From the NCBI RefSeq assembly GCF_004010195.1, contig NC_057752.1, positions 15,079,585 through 15,143,584 on the forward strand: a stretch of 64,000 bases of DNA. The letters run 5' to 3'. A model generated the notes under the pieces. That model made no database searches. It saw nothing but the letters and a program-made list of their open reading frames with translations, and had not been told where the DNA came from. Source of the stretch: Chiloscyllium plagiosum. Its lineage: Eukaryota. This document shows positions 36,270 to 48,430 of this stretch, one piece after another; within the stretch, counting starts at the first letter, position 1; each line of letters opens with the position of its first letter. The position numbers and the translations under genes are program-made.

Positions 36270-37380
36270 TGTATTAGGAACTGAAGTTGGCCATTTGCTC
36301 CCACAAGCCTGTTCAACCATTCAGTAAGATTATAGCTTCCCTCTTTATTTCCAATTCCATACTTCTATGCATCCTGATAACCTTTAATTCCCCTACCTAA
36401 CACAAATCTAGCTCCACCTTGAACCTGTGCGGTACTTTAGCATTGTATGTCGCAGAAGGTGGCAAAAGTCAGGCAACCCTCTGTGAAAGAAGAAAAAAAA
36501 TTCCTCATCTCCATTCTAAAAGGGTCACCCTTAATTTTTAAACAGTGCCACCTAGTTCTGGATTCATCCACATCCATCCCCCTTTTCAAGACTGTAGTGG
36601 TTGTAATGAGGTCAGCCAGGTGGACCTCAGAATGTAAGCTCTGGATAGTGAGCAGAGAGGAGGGAAAGGGGCAGGTGTTGCACCTTCTGTGGTTACATGG
36701 GAAGATGCCTTTGGGGGTGGGGGTGTGGGTGTGGGTGGTGGGTGGTTAGTGGTCGATGAATGGACTAGGGTGTCTCGGAGGGAATGATCCTGAAATAACT
36801 GCACGCAGCATTCATGATATGGTCTCACTGAAGCTCTTTGTAACTGAAGAATAATTGAATCCTTAGTCCTGTTTTCAATTCTTCTTATACTCACGATGGC
36901 ATTCCAGTAGCTGCCTTAATTATTTGCTGGGTCATTCAAGGCTGGGATGGACAGACTGGAAAGTGAAGTTGAGGATTATCAGATCAGCTGTAATGTCATT
37001 GAATGACGAAGTAGACTTGATGTGCTGAAACGTCTACTTCTGCTCCTATGCCTGGTAACTGGAAGCTCACCTTTATCCATAATGCGTACTCCCTTGAATA
37101 GCTCTGATAAATTGATGAAACGTCATTTCCCTTTAATGAGGCCATGCAGACTCTTTCCTTATTTTTTTCTAAATGCCCAGCTATAACCACTTGTTGTTTT
37201 CAGCTTCCTCCCTTTTTTTACAGTTATTGTTGTATTTGATGATGTTTGCAGTCTGATGGGACCTTTCCAAAATCCAGTGAATTTTGGAGAATGAACATCA
37301 ATGCATCTGCAACCTTATGAGCTACCTCATTTAAGATCCTAGGGATAAAGTCCATCACAATCTGGAGACTTGTCCCCTAG
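36270..37380 (-). mobile_element. Old CR1 fragments with an embedded PLE piece at about 36620-36795
   Basis: CR1 remnants; embedded minus-strand DHSLRDTLVHS..GIFPCNHRRCNTCPF, the Cys-rich linker of a PLE ORF. Confidence 0.65.
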
Positions 37381-37619
37381 CAAGGACTTGACAGCGTAAA
37401 AAAAGGGGTAAAGAAATGAGGGTGTGACTGATGTGAATACTGACACTCTGTGGTATTGGCCACCTGTACTTCTTATTGCATTTTATTTGCATTATTTAGT
37501 CAACCTCACTGTGTTACCACGAGTGGGGAGATATCAAGTATTCCGTATCTTTTCAGAATTGAAAAGAAATCAGATGCTTTTTATTTATAGAACCAAATCT
37601 CTCTGACCTGTAGTTTATA

Positions 37620-40130
37620 GAATCAGTGAGTTTCTTGACACATTGTTTGCTCCAATTCAAGCTTGGGATGGCCAAGCTTGAGGGGCAGCTGGCATCATTA
37701 CAGAACACTAGGGATGTTCGGAATTTCCTTGGATCATACATTCTCTGAGCCAAACACCGTACAAGCAAGGAGGGGCCAGGATAACAGATGGGTGATCATT
37801 CAGTAGAGGAGGTAGTGCAGCTGTCTTTGGCATGTGCGCCACTCTCAAACAGATATTCAGTGTTGGAGTATGGGATGGCAATACCCAAAGGTGTGCAACC
37901 CAGACCATGGCATGAATGGACAAGAGACTGCACCGGACAGAAAAGCAAAAGACAGAATTGAAGTCATAATAGGAAATTCCATAGTCAGGAGGGCAGGTAG
38001 GTATTTATGTCTCCGTCATTGTGAATCCTGCATGATATATTGCTTCCCTGGTGTCAGGGTTAAAAAAAAAAAGTCATGGAGAGGTTGCAGAATATTCTAC
38101 AGGGTGAAAAGAGTAAGTCAGAAGTTATAATACATGATGATACCAAAGACATAATGAGGGCAGATATTGGGGTTGCAAGGGTGGGTTTTCTGGAGCTGTA
38201 GCGGGTGTTTAAAAAGTTGGACCTCAAGGTAATGCTAAGCACTGATCTTATGAAATTAGGAAAATAAGGAGGATTTGAAGCATTGTCCAGGAGGGAGGAC
38301 TTCAGAATCTAGAGCATTGTAAGTAGTTCTGTGACAGAAGGTACCTACTCAGAAGGGACGTGTTGCACCCCAACAGAACTGTCATTTCACCAATGACATG
38401 GCAGGGAGGTTCATTTGCCTGGTTGGGGAGAGTCTAAATTAAATTATCAGGAGGATAGCTGCCATCATTTAAAAGTATAAAAAAGGAATGAGGTACGCAT
38501 AATAAGAGTGTTGGACAACACTAGAGGAGGAGTGGATTATAAAGGACAATAAGGAATTTGAAGTCAGGATACAAACATATGGGTAAACATGTAGAATGTG
38601 AATAAGGTTGATGAGTTAAAAGACTAAATGGCAGTGTGTGAATATGATGTGGCAATAACAGTGTCTCAGAATTGTTAGAACACAAAAAGAGACCATTCAG
38701 CCCATCATGCTTGCATCCATTCCATTACCTACTGCCAAAGTCCTGCCTTTCCCCTTTAGCCCTGCACACTATTTCAATCCACCACATTTCCAGGCAGTGC
38801 ATTCCATACCCTAACGACTTGCTGTTTGAAAAAGTTTCTTTTGCGTATCACTTTACCTCCATGCCTTCTCATTCTTGTTCCTTTTATGAGTGGGAATGGC
38901 TTCTCCTGATCTACTCTATCCAGCATGCTCATGATTTTGAAAACTTCTGTCAAGCTTTTTCGCAGCCTTCTTCTCTCCAAGGAGAACAGTCCCAACTTCT
39001 TCAATCAGTCCTCATAACTGAGGTTTCTCATTCCTTGAACCATTCTTGTAAATCACTTTTTGCACTCTCTTCAGTGCATTCACATATCTTCTTTAATGTA
39101 TTGCCCCTAACTGTACACAGTACAGCAGCTGAGGTCTAATAAGTATCTTATACATGTTCTACATCATGTACTCTGTGTCCCTATTAATAAAGCTAAGGGC
39201 ACTGTATGCTTAACGTACTGCTCTCTCCACCTGTCTCGCCACCTTCACTGATCTGTTCTTGCAACCAATGTGTATCAGCTCACATTTATCTGCATGGAAC
39301 CTCATCTGCCACCTCCATCAACTTGGCAATGCCCTTTTGGAGTCTCTCACTGCCCTCCTCACAGTTTACAACTCTTCCAAATCTTGTTTCATCTGAAAAC
39401 TTTGAAATTGTCTCTTGCACACTGAGATCCAGATCATTGATATATATATCAGGAAAAGCAAGGCTCTTCAAAAAGGTGAATTTCTTAAATATAGTTTCCC
39501 CTTTAGAAGTCCGTACTGACCCTTCCTAATTGGCACATCATTTTCTAAGTGACGACTGATTCTATCCTGAATAATTGTTTCTAGAAGTTTTCCTACCATC
39601 AAATTAACACTGACTGATAATTGATGGGATGATCTTTTCAACCTTTCTTGAACATGGTTATAATATTTGCTATTCTTCAGTCTTCTGGCATCGCCCTAAT
39701 TTTGGGGAAGACTGAAAAATTTCAATTAGTACCTCCCCAATTTCTACCCTCGCCTCGCTGAAAATCCTTGGATGCATTCATTCTGGTGCTGATGCCTTGT
39801 CAACTTGTAAGTACCAACAATCTATCCAAAACCTGGTCCATATTAAGTCCTTATAAATATGCCTTAAAACAGTAAGTACGCAGCGCTTGTTGTAAAAGGA
39901 TAGAAAGTGGAATAGATAGGAAAGCAAAAAGGGAGATAGGCGGCATTGCTGATATGGGAAGTGTTAGAAAGAGGGCCTGTCTCTTGAGAGGGCAAAAGTT
40001 GAAAACAAAAAAGGTAAGATTACAGTCTACTTAGAGTATTTTGTAAGCCTGCAACTATTGAATGGGAGATTGAAGGAAAAAAAGTTGGTATAGAAATTAC
40101 CTGTTCAAGAAATGTACGGTGGTGATATAG
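37620..40130. mobile_element. Old + strand CR1 ORF1/APE remnants interrupted by - strand CR1 RT fragments (about 38670-39835)
   Basis: VIIGNSIVR..MIYCFPGVRV (esterase block) on +; KKLGLFSLERRRLRKSLTEVFKIM and IYINDLD..KFSDET on -. Confidence 0.75.
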
Positions 40131-42000
40131 AGACATAGCAAATAGGAACAGGAGTAGGTCATTGCAGCCCTAGAAGCCTGCTCTACGATTCAACATGATC
40201 ATGGCTAATCATACAACTCATAGAATCACAACATCCTTACAGTGTAGAAACAGGCCATTAGGCCCAACAAGTCCACACAGACCATTCCCCCTACCCTGTT
40301 ACTCTACATTTACTTCTGACTAATGCACCTACCCTGCACATCCCTGAATACTGTGGACAATATAGCGTGGCCAATTCACCTAACCTGCACGTCTTTGGAT
40401 TGCGGGTGGAAACTGGAGCACCCAGAGGAAACCCACGCAGACACGGGGAGAATGTGCACACTCCACACAGACAGACAGTCACCCAAGGCAGGAATCGAAC
40501 CCTGGACCCTGGTGCTATAAGGCAGCAGTGCTAACCACTGAGCCACCGTGCTGCCCTACTTTCAGTACCCTACTCCCGCTTTCTCCCCATACCCTTTCGT
40601 CCTAAGAATTGTATCTAACTGCTTCTTGAAAACCTTCAGTGTTTCGGCCAGAACCGCTTTTTGTGGCAGAGAATTCCACAGGCTCACCACTCTGGGTGAA
40701 GACATTTCCTCCTCATGGAAGTCTTAAATGGCCTACCCAGTATGCTGAAACTGTGACCCTGGCTCTGAACTGCCTGGACAGTGGTGACATCCTTCCACCA
40801 TTTGCCCTGACTAGTCCTTTTTGAAATTTGACCAATCCAGTCCCTCTTCTTAATCAATCCTACCACCCCAAGAATCAATCTGGTAAATCTTTGTTGCATC
40901 CCCTCCATATCCAAAACATCCTTCCTCAGGTAAGGAGACCAAAAGACACACAAGGTTTCAAGTCTGGTCTTACCAAGACCCAGGACCAATGCAGTAGGTT
41001 GTTAATCGCCTAAATTTGTCTGTTTGTCTAATAAATTGCATCAGTTGTATGACACTTTGATCTTTTACTTATAAATTCTGTGTCCTATGTATCCTGCTCT
41101 ACTAGTTGATTTTCAACTTTGTCCACCCCAGTCCAAAACCAGCACCTCCACATCAATTGCAGTGAGACATCCCTGCCCCTACATGCAAATTCCCTTGCTG
41201 TCAAGGCCAACATACCATTTGCCAAATTCACCGCCTGCTATACCTGCCTGCTTGCTTTCAGTGACTGGTGTACAAGGATACCTGGGTCTTGTTGCACCTC
41301 CCTCTTTCTGAATCTACTGCCATTTAGATAATAATCTGCCTTCCTGTTTTTGCTGCCACATTTTTCCACCATAATTTTCCACATTATGCTTCATTTGTCA
41401 TGTATTTGTCCACTCCCTCAGTTTATCCAAATCACACTAAAGCATCTCTGCATCTGCCACTCAGCCTTGTGCTTTCTGCAAACTTGGCAGTATGTGATTC
41501 TCTCATTGCAATCTTTAATAAATATAGTGTATATCTGGGGTTAAAGCACTGATCCTAGCGGTATCCCGCTAGTCACTGGCCTTCTGAAAGTCCAAGTAAG
41601 CCATATGTGCTCGCTCCCCCCTTATCAACTCTCTAGTTCCGTGGTGAAACATTTCAGTAGTCTTGTCAAGCAAATCACTTTCGTAAATCCATGCTGAGTC
41701 TGTCACTTGTTTTCCAAGTGCTCAGCTACTAAATCTTTTTATAATGGACTTTTGCATTTTCCTACTACCATGTCAAGCTAATCAGTTTGTTAATACCTAT
41801 TTTCTCCCTACTTCCTTTATTAAATATTGGGGTTACGATAGTTACCCTCCAATGCATAGAAACTGTTCGAGTCTAAAGAATCTTGAAAGATGACTACTAA
41901 CGCATCCATTGTTTCTATGGCCACTTCTATGGTACTCTAGGATGTAAATTATAAGGCCCAAGAGATTTATCAGCCTTTAATTCTGTCAATTTCCCCAACA
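40130..42000 (-). mobile_element. CR1 LINE RT/3' end, with a partial PLE family B terminal repeat at about 41015-41155
   Basis: FWSPYLRKDVLDMEGMQQRFTRLI; embedded CAGTTGTATGACACTTTGAT..ATAAATTCTGTGTCCTATG matches 19672-19720. Confidence 0.8.
40220..40557 (-). mobile_element. HE1 V-SINE
   Basis: Complete head, V-domain and tail. Confidence 0.9.
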
Positions 42001-42239
42001 TGTTTGTGTATATGGAAGGAAAGCACATTGGTTGGCCATCTATTTGGTGCTAATTATGATTTCCCCTGTTTCTGACTGTAACGGACTTACATTTGTCTTA
42101 AGTAATTGTTTTCTCTTCACATCCCTATAAAAGCTGTTGCAATCAATTTGTGTGTTTCCTGTAATCAGTCAATTTGGTTGTAATATTCAAGTAGTGATAT
42201 TATCCCAATCAATATTTGAGAAATTAACATTGATTAGAA

Positions 42240-44650
42240 TGCAGGAGAGACATGTTCTTGTGAGAATGAAGGATAGAAATGGCACAATTAGGGAACCATG
42301 AATGGCAGGTGAAATCGTGAGGTGAGCTAAGAGGAAAAAGGAAGCATAGTTTAAGGTCTCAGCGACTGTAGACAGATGAAGCTTTGGAAGAATATTAGGA
42401 ACGCAGGACCAATCTGAAACAAGGAATTAAGAGGGCTAAAAGGGGTCATGAAATATCTTTAGCAAACAGGGTTAAGGAAAATCTCAAAGCCTTTTATTCA
42501 TATATACGGAGCAAGAAAGTAACTTGGGAAAGGGTTGGCCCACTCAAGGACAAAGGAGGAAAGTTATGCCTGGAGTCAGAGAAAATGGGTGAGATCCTTG
42601 CATCGGTATTCACCGAGGAGAAAAACATGATGTTAGGGATAGATGTTTGATTACTCTAGGTCAAGTCGACAAAAGGAGGGAGGAAGTGTTGGGTATTCTA
42701 AAAAGCATTAAGGTGGACAAGTCCCCAGGTCCAGATGGAATCTATCCCAGGTTACTGAGGAAAGCGAAAGAGGAAATAGCTGGGGCCTTAACAGATATCT
42801 TTGCAGCATCCTTGAACACGGGTGAGGTCCCGGAGGACTGGTGAATTGCTAATGTTGTCCCCTTGTGTAAGAAGGATAGCAAAGATAATCCAGGTAATTA
42901 TAGACCGGTGAGCCTGACGTCAGTGGTAGGGAAGCTTTGATTTGATTAGATTAGATTAGATTAGATTACAGTGTGGAAACAGGCCCTTCGGCCCAACAAG
43001 TCCACACCGACCCGCCGAAGCGCAACCCACCCATACCCCTACATTTACCCCTTACCTAACACTACGGGCAATTTAGCATGGCCAATTCACCTGACCTGCA
43101 CATCTTTGGACTGTGGGAGGAAACCGGAGCACCCGGAGGAAACCCACGTAGACACGGGGAGAACGTGCAAACTCCACACAGTCACTCGCCTGAGGCGGGA
43201 ATTGAACCCAGTCTCTGGTGCTGTGAGGCAGCAGTGCTAACCACTGGGCCACCGTGCCGCCCACAAAGCTGCTGGAGAAGATACTGAGGGAAAGGATCTC
43301 TTCCCGTTTGGAAGAGAATGGGCTTATCAGTAATATTGTGCCCACCTCTACCATCTCCATGGTGGCGAGTGCCAGTGGAGATGGTAGAGGTGGGCACAAT
43401 AGTGCCATTTAAGATGCATGATAGACAGATACATGAATAGGCAGGGAGCAGAAGGTCATGTCTTATCAACATAATAGAATTCTTTGAGGAAGTGACAAAG
43501 TTGATTGGTGAGGGAAGGGCTGTAGATGTCATATACATGGACTTCAGTAAGGCGTTTGACAGGGTTCACCATGATCGGCTGATGGAGCAAGTGAAGTTAC
43601 ATGGGGTCCAGGGTGTACTAGCTAGATGGATGAAGAAGTGGCTGGACAACAGGCGACAGAGAGTAGTAGTGGAAGGGAGTTTCTCAAAATTCAGACTTGT
43701 GACCAGGGATCTGTGCTGGGGACTATGGTTGTTTTTGATGTACATAAATGTTCTGGAGGAAGGTATAGGTGGTCTGATTAGCAAGTTTGCAGCTGACACC
43801 AAGATTGGTGGAGTAGCAGACAGTGAAGGGGACTGTCTGAGAATGCAACAAAATATAGATAGATTGGAGAGTTGGCACAGAATGGCAGATGGAGTTCAAT
43901 CCGGACAAATGCGAGGTGATGCATTTTGGAAGATCCAATTCAAGAGCGAACTATACAGTATGTGGAAAAGCCCTGAGGATAATTCGGAGAGATCTGGGTG
44001 TTCACGTCCATTGTACCCTGAAGGTGGCAATGCAGGTCAGTAGAGTGGTAAAAAAGACATGCAGCTCTTGAGTAGAAGAGTTGGTAGGTCATGTTACAGT
44101 TGTATAAGACTTTGGTTTTGCCACATTTAGAATACTGCATACAGTTCTGGTCGCCACATAACCAAAAGGGTGTAGATGCTTTGGAGAGAGTGCAGGGGAG
44201 GTTCACCAGGATGTTGCCTAATATGAAGAGGGGTTGAGTAGATTAGGATTATTTTCATTAGAAAGACAGCGGTTGAGGAGGGAACCTGATTGAGGTCTAC
44301 AAAATCATGAGAGGTATAGACAGAGTGGATAGCAAGAAACTTTTTCCCCCAGAGTGGGGGACTCACTTACTAGGGGTCACGAGTTCAAGGTGAGAGGGGA
44401 AAAGTTGAAGGGAGATATGTGTGGGAAGTGCTTTATGCAGAGGGTGGCAGGTGCCTGGAACACATTGCCAGTGGAGATGGTGGAGGTGGGCACAATAGCG
44501 CCATTTAAGATGCATCTAGACAGATACATGAATGGGCAGGGAGCAGAGGGATACAGATCCTTAGAAAATAGGCGACAGGTTTAGATAGAAGATCTGGATC
44601 AGCGCAGGCTTGGAGGGCCGAAGGGCTTGTACCTGTGCTGGAATGTTCTT
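42240..44650 (+). mobile_element. CR1 LINE ORF2 to 3' end
   Basis: KSPGPDGIYPRLL, DVIYMDFSKAFDRVHH, SKFAADTKIGG, TRGHEFKVRG. Confidence 0.95.
42937..43263 (-). mobile_element. HE1 V-SINE, young full-length copy
   Basis: Reverse complement GGCGGCACGGTGGCCCAGTGGTTAGCACTGCTGCCTCACAGC..GGGTTCAATTCCCGCC, V-domain and long (AATCT)n tail; AAGCT at both flanks. Confidence 0.95.
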
Positions 44651-45434
44651 TATTCTTTGTTTGTTCTTAATTTTAGAGAACAGGGGAGGAAATTTCTGAA
44701 AAGTGTTCCAGTGAACTGGAAGTCCTTGTCCACTGAGGTTGCACAAGTGTCAGGTTGGGGACCTTGCTGTTTGTGGTTTATATAAATGATTTAGACTTGA
44801 ATGGAGGATTGATCAGTATGTTTGCGGATAATACAAATGTTGTTGGAGTGGTAAATAGTGGATAGTCCAGATTACAGGACATACAGACAGTGGTAAATGG
44901 AATTCAATCCAGATAAACATGAGGTGATGAACGTGAGCAGAACAAACAAGGCAAGGGAATACCTGGTGAATGGAGAAAAGAAGGCTTAGGGGTGACTTGA
45001 TAGAGGTGTACAAGATGATTAGGGGTTTAGATAGGGTTGACCGTGAGAACCTTTTTCCACGTATGGAGTCAGCTATTACGAGGGGGCATAGCTTTAAATT
45101 AAGGGGGGGTAGGTATAGGCCAGATGTTAGGGGTAGGTTCTTTACTCAGCGAGTTGTGAGTTCATGGAATGCCCTGCCAGTAGCAGTGGTGGACTCTCCC
45201 TCTTTATGGGCATTTAAACGGGCATTGGATAGGCATATGGAGGATAGTGGGCTAGTGTAGGTTAGGTGGGCTTGGATCGGCGCAACATTGAGGGCCGAAG
45301 GGCCTGTACTGCGCAGTATTCTTCTATGTTCTATGACCCTGGGAAACACTGAGGATCAGAGAGAACTTGGTGTGCATGTACACCAGTCCCTTCAGGCTTC
45401 AGGACGGTGCATAAATTGGTTGAGAAGGAATATG

Positions 45435-45560
45435 AGGAGGAAGTGAGGGCTGCAGATGCTGGAGATCAGAGCTGAAAATGTGTTGCTGGAAAAGCGCAGC
45501 AGGTCAGGCAGCATCCAGGGAACAGGAGAATTGACGTTTCGGGCATAAGCCCTTCTTCAG
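45435..45560 (-). mobile_element. PLE family A single-arm mini-insertion
   Basis: 12-bp TSD AGAAGGAATATG at 45423-45434 and 45559-45570; consists only of the hammerhead plus 3' terminus. Confidence 0.88.
45533..45560 (-). ncRNA. Minimal hammerhead ribozyme motif, PLE family A (core and stem II intact)
   Basis: Minus strand CTGAAGA-A-GGGC TTAT GCCC-GAAA-CG-TC. Confidence 0.75.
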
Positions 45561-46094
45561 AAGGAATATGGTATATTTGTCTTTATTAGTCAAGGCATGG
45601 AGTTTAAAAGCAGGGAGGTTACGCTGGAACTGTATAAAGTGTTGGTTAGGCCACAGCTGCAGTATTGTGTGCAGTCCTTGTAATGCATCCACATTACAAG
45701 GAGGGATGTGATTTCACTGGAGAGGATGCAAAGGAGATCTACCAGGGGCTGGAAAATTTTAGTTATGCAGAGAGACTGGGGTTGTTTTCCTTGGAGCAAA
45801 AAAGACAAAGTGAGGGCATGATTGAAATATATAAAATTACACATAAATAGGGTTGACAGGCAGGAACGTTTTCCCCTTGATGAAGGGATCAATGACCACA
45901 AGACATAGATTTAAGGCAAGTGGCAGGAGGTTTAAAGGAGACATAAGGAAAGTTTTTTCACCCAGAGGATGGTGGAAATGTGGAACTCACTGCCGTAAGA
46001 AGCCCTCAACTTTTAAAAAGTATTTAAATGTACACATGCAATGCAGGTGTGCAGGGCTATGGGCCAAATGCTGGAAAATGGGATGAGAATACTT

Positions 46095-46217
46095 AGGAGA
46101 AAGTGAGGATTGCTGATGCTGGAGATCAGAGTCGAAGGGTGTGGTGCCGGAAAACAGCATCCGAGGAGCAGGAGAATCAAGAGAATCAACGTTTCAGGCA
46201 AAAGCCCTCCATTAGGA
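46095..46217 (-). mobile_element. PLE family A terminal fragment
   Basis: AGGAGAAAGTGAGGA..GATGCTGGAGATCAGAG..AACGTTTCAGGCAAAAGCCCT; hammerhead core decayed (CTAATGG). Confidence 0.75.
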
Positions 46218-46569
46218 ACAGTTAGGGGTTGTTTTCGACTTGTGCAGACTCTGATCTGAATGATCTTTTTAAGTCCTGTAGACTTCTGAGTTCCTTCATC
46301 AGTACATTCTCCATACAGCTGGAAGGTGATGTTCCGTTCTGTGACCTTGATGTGAATGTTATCCTTATCTGTGTCAGATCAATTAAAGTTAACATCTCCA
46401 GCAATAGAACAATGATCTGTGAGCATAATGGGCAGACAAGTGGCAGATGGAGTTTAATGCATAGAAGTGGCAAAAAGGATGGGGAAAGGCAACATGGTCT
46501 GACTGGCAGAGTTCCAAAGTGTGCAGGGACAGAGGGACTTGGTGGTGCATGTACAGAGATGTTTGAACA

Positions 46570-47830
46570 TGGATATTGAGGGATGTGGACGTAGATGGTG
46601 AGGTGCTGGTTGAGGGATGTGGGATAAGGTGGATGTTGGGAGATGTGGATAGGTGGACATTGGGGAATGTGGAAGGTGGATAGGTGCGGGTTGAGGGATG
46701 TGGGAGCAGGTGGATATTGAGGAATGTGGGAGTAGGTGGATATTGGGGGATATGGGATATGTGTGTAGGTAGATATTGAGGTAAGTGGGAGGAGGTGGAT
46801 ATGTGCGGGTGAGGGATGTGGGAGTATGTTGATAGGTGCGGGTTGAGGGATGTGGGAGCACATTGGTAGGTGGATATTGAGGGATGTTGGAGTGCATTGG
46901 TAGGTGGATATTGAGGCATATGGGAGTAGGTGGATATTGAGGGATATGGGGATAGGTGGATATGTGCGGGTGAGGGATGTGGGAGTANNNNNNNNNNNNN
47001 NNNNNNNNNNNNNNNNNNNNNNNNNNNNNNNNNNNNNNNNNNNNNNNNNNNNNNNNNNNNNNNNNNNNNNNNNNNNNNNNNNNNNNNNNNNNNNNNNNNN
47101 NNNNNNNNNNNNNNNNNNNNNNNNNNNNNNNNNNNNNNNNNNNNNNNNNNNNNNNNNNNNNNNNNNNNNNNNNNNNNNNNNNNNNNNNNNNNNNNNNNNN
47201 NNNNNNNNNNNNNNNNNNNNNNNNNNNNNNNNNNNNNNNNNNNNNNNNNNNNNNNNNNNNNNNNNNNNNNNNNNNNNNNNNNNNNNNNNNNNNNNNNNNN
47301 NNNNNNNNNNNNNNNNNNNNNNNNNNNNNNNNNNNNNNNNNNNNNNNNNNNNNNNNNNNNNNNNNNNNNNNNNNNNNNNNNNNNNNNNNNNNNNNNNNNN
47401 NNNNNNNNNNNNNNNNNNNNNNNNNNNNNNNNNNNNNNNNNNNNNNNNNNNNNNNNNNNNNNNNNNNNNNNNNNNNNNNNNNNNNNNNNNNNNNNNNNNN
47501 NNNNNNNNNNNNNNNNNNNNNNNNNNNNNNNNNNNNNNNNNNNNNNNNNNNNNNNNNNNNNNNNNNNNNNNNNNNNNNNNNNNNNNNNNNNNNNNNNNNN
47601 NGGGTAGGTGCGGGTGAGGGATGTGAAAGTAGGTGGGTAGGTGCGGGTGAGGGATGCGGGAGATGGAGGGTAGGTGCGGGTGAGGGATGTGAAAGTAGGT
47701 GGGTAGGTGCGGGTGAGGGATGCGGAAGTAGGTGGGTAGGTGCGGGTGAGGGATGCGGAAGTAGGTGGTGAGATGCGGGTGAGGGATGCGGGAGCTGGTG
47801 GGGAGGTGCGGGGGACGGATGCGGGAGCTG
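46570..47830 (+). repeat. G-rich minisatellite (about 33-bp unit GGGTAGGTGCGGGTGAGGGATGYG.AAGTAGGT and variants) spanning an assembly gap
   Basis: Related units on both sides of the N run 46988-47601. Confidence 0.9.
46988..47601. other. Assembly gap (614 N)
   Basis: N run. Confidence 1.
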
Positions 47831-47959
47831 TTAGGTTGATCTGTATAAATGGAATGAATTAGTTTAGCTAAGTTGCTTAGAATGCATGGTAAGAATATGA
47901 ATCGGAATAATGCACATAGCACCAGTGAAATCATGGTAAAAGTGCTAATATCCAAATGT

Positions 47960-48430
47960 TCATGTTTGGCAATGCCAGTGTATGTTATGAGATGATTCTC
48001 ATGTATAAATGAACGAAGGCTGATGTATATATTGGGACAGTTATGTATGTTATGTAGTGCTGCCAGTGCGCAATGGTAAATATATAACAGAATGTAACAG
48101 TATGTAATGCCACAGCGCCAATGAATGATACAGCTGCACCACTGCGCAAAGGTATATTTAGTGTGTGTACCAATCCATGTGAGGTAATGATGTCAATGTG
48201 AAAAGTTGTGTGCATACCAGTGCCAATACATGTTATGTAGTGCGGCAAATGTATATATATAAAATGGTGCCAGTGTATGTAAGGCCACAGCACCAATGGA
48301 TGTGATACAGCACCCACTGTGCAACAATGTATATATAACGATGCTAATCGATTTGATGTAATGATGCCAATATGAAAAGGTGTCTGCATCGTGGCTCCAG
48401 TGTGTATAATGTTTGTAATGCATTTGTGAG
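47960..48430 (+). repeat. Degenerate tandem repeat of about 175 bp
   Basis: 48101-48240 aligns by eye with 48277-48420 (TATGTAA.GCCACAGC.CCAATG.ATG..ATACAGC..GTAATGATG.CAAT.TGAAAAG). Confidence 0.6.

Larger units (their letters stand above)
44745..46090 (+). mobile_element. CR1 fragment with a nested young CR1 3' end (about 44970-45335)
   Basis: EKRRLRGDLIEVYKMIRGLDRV..RGRFFTQRVVSSWNALP and (TTCTATG)2 tail. Confidence 0.9.

Noticed and set aside
46222..47955. Long ORFs (577 aa and overlapping)
   Set aside because: Artefacts of a minisatellite and N run.
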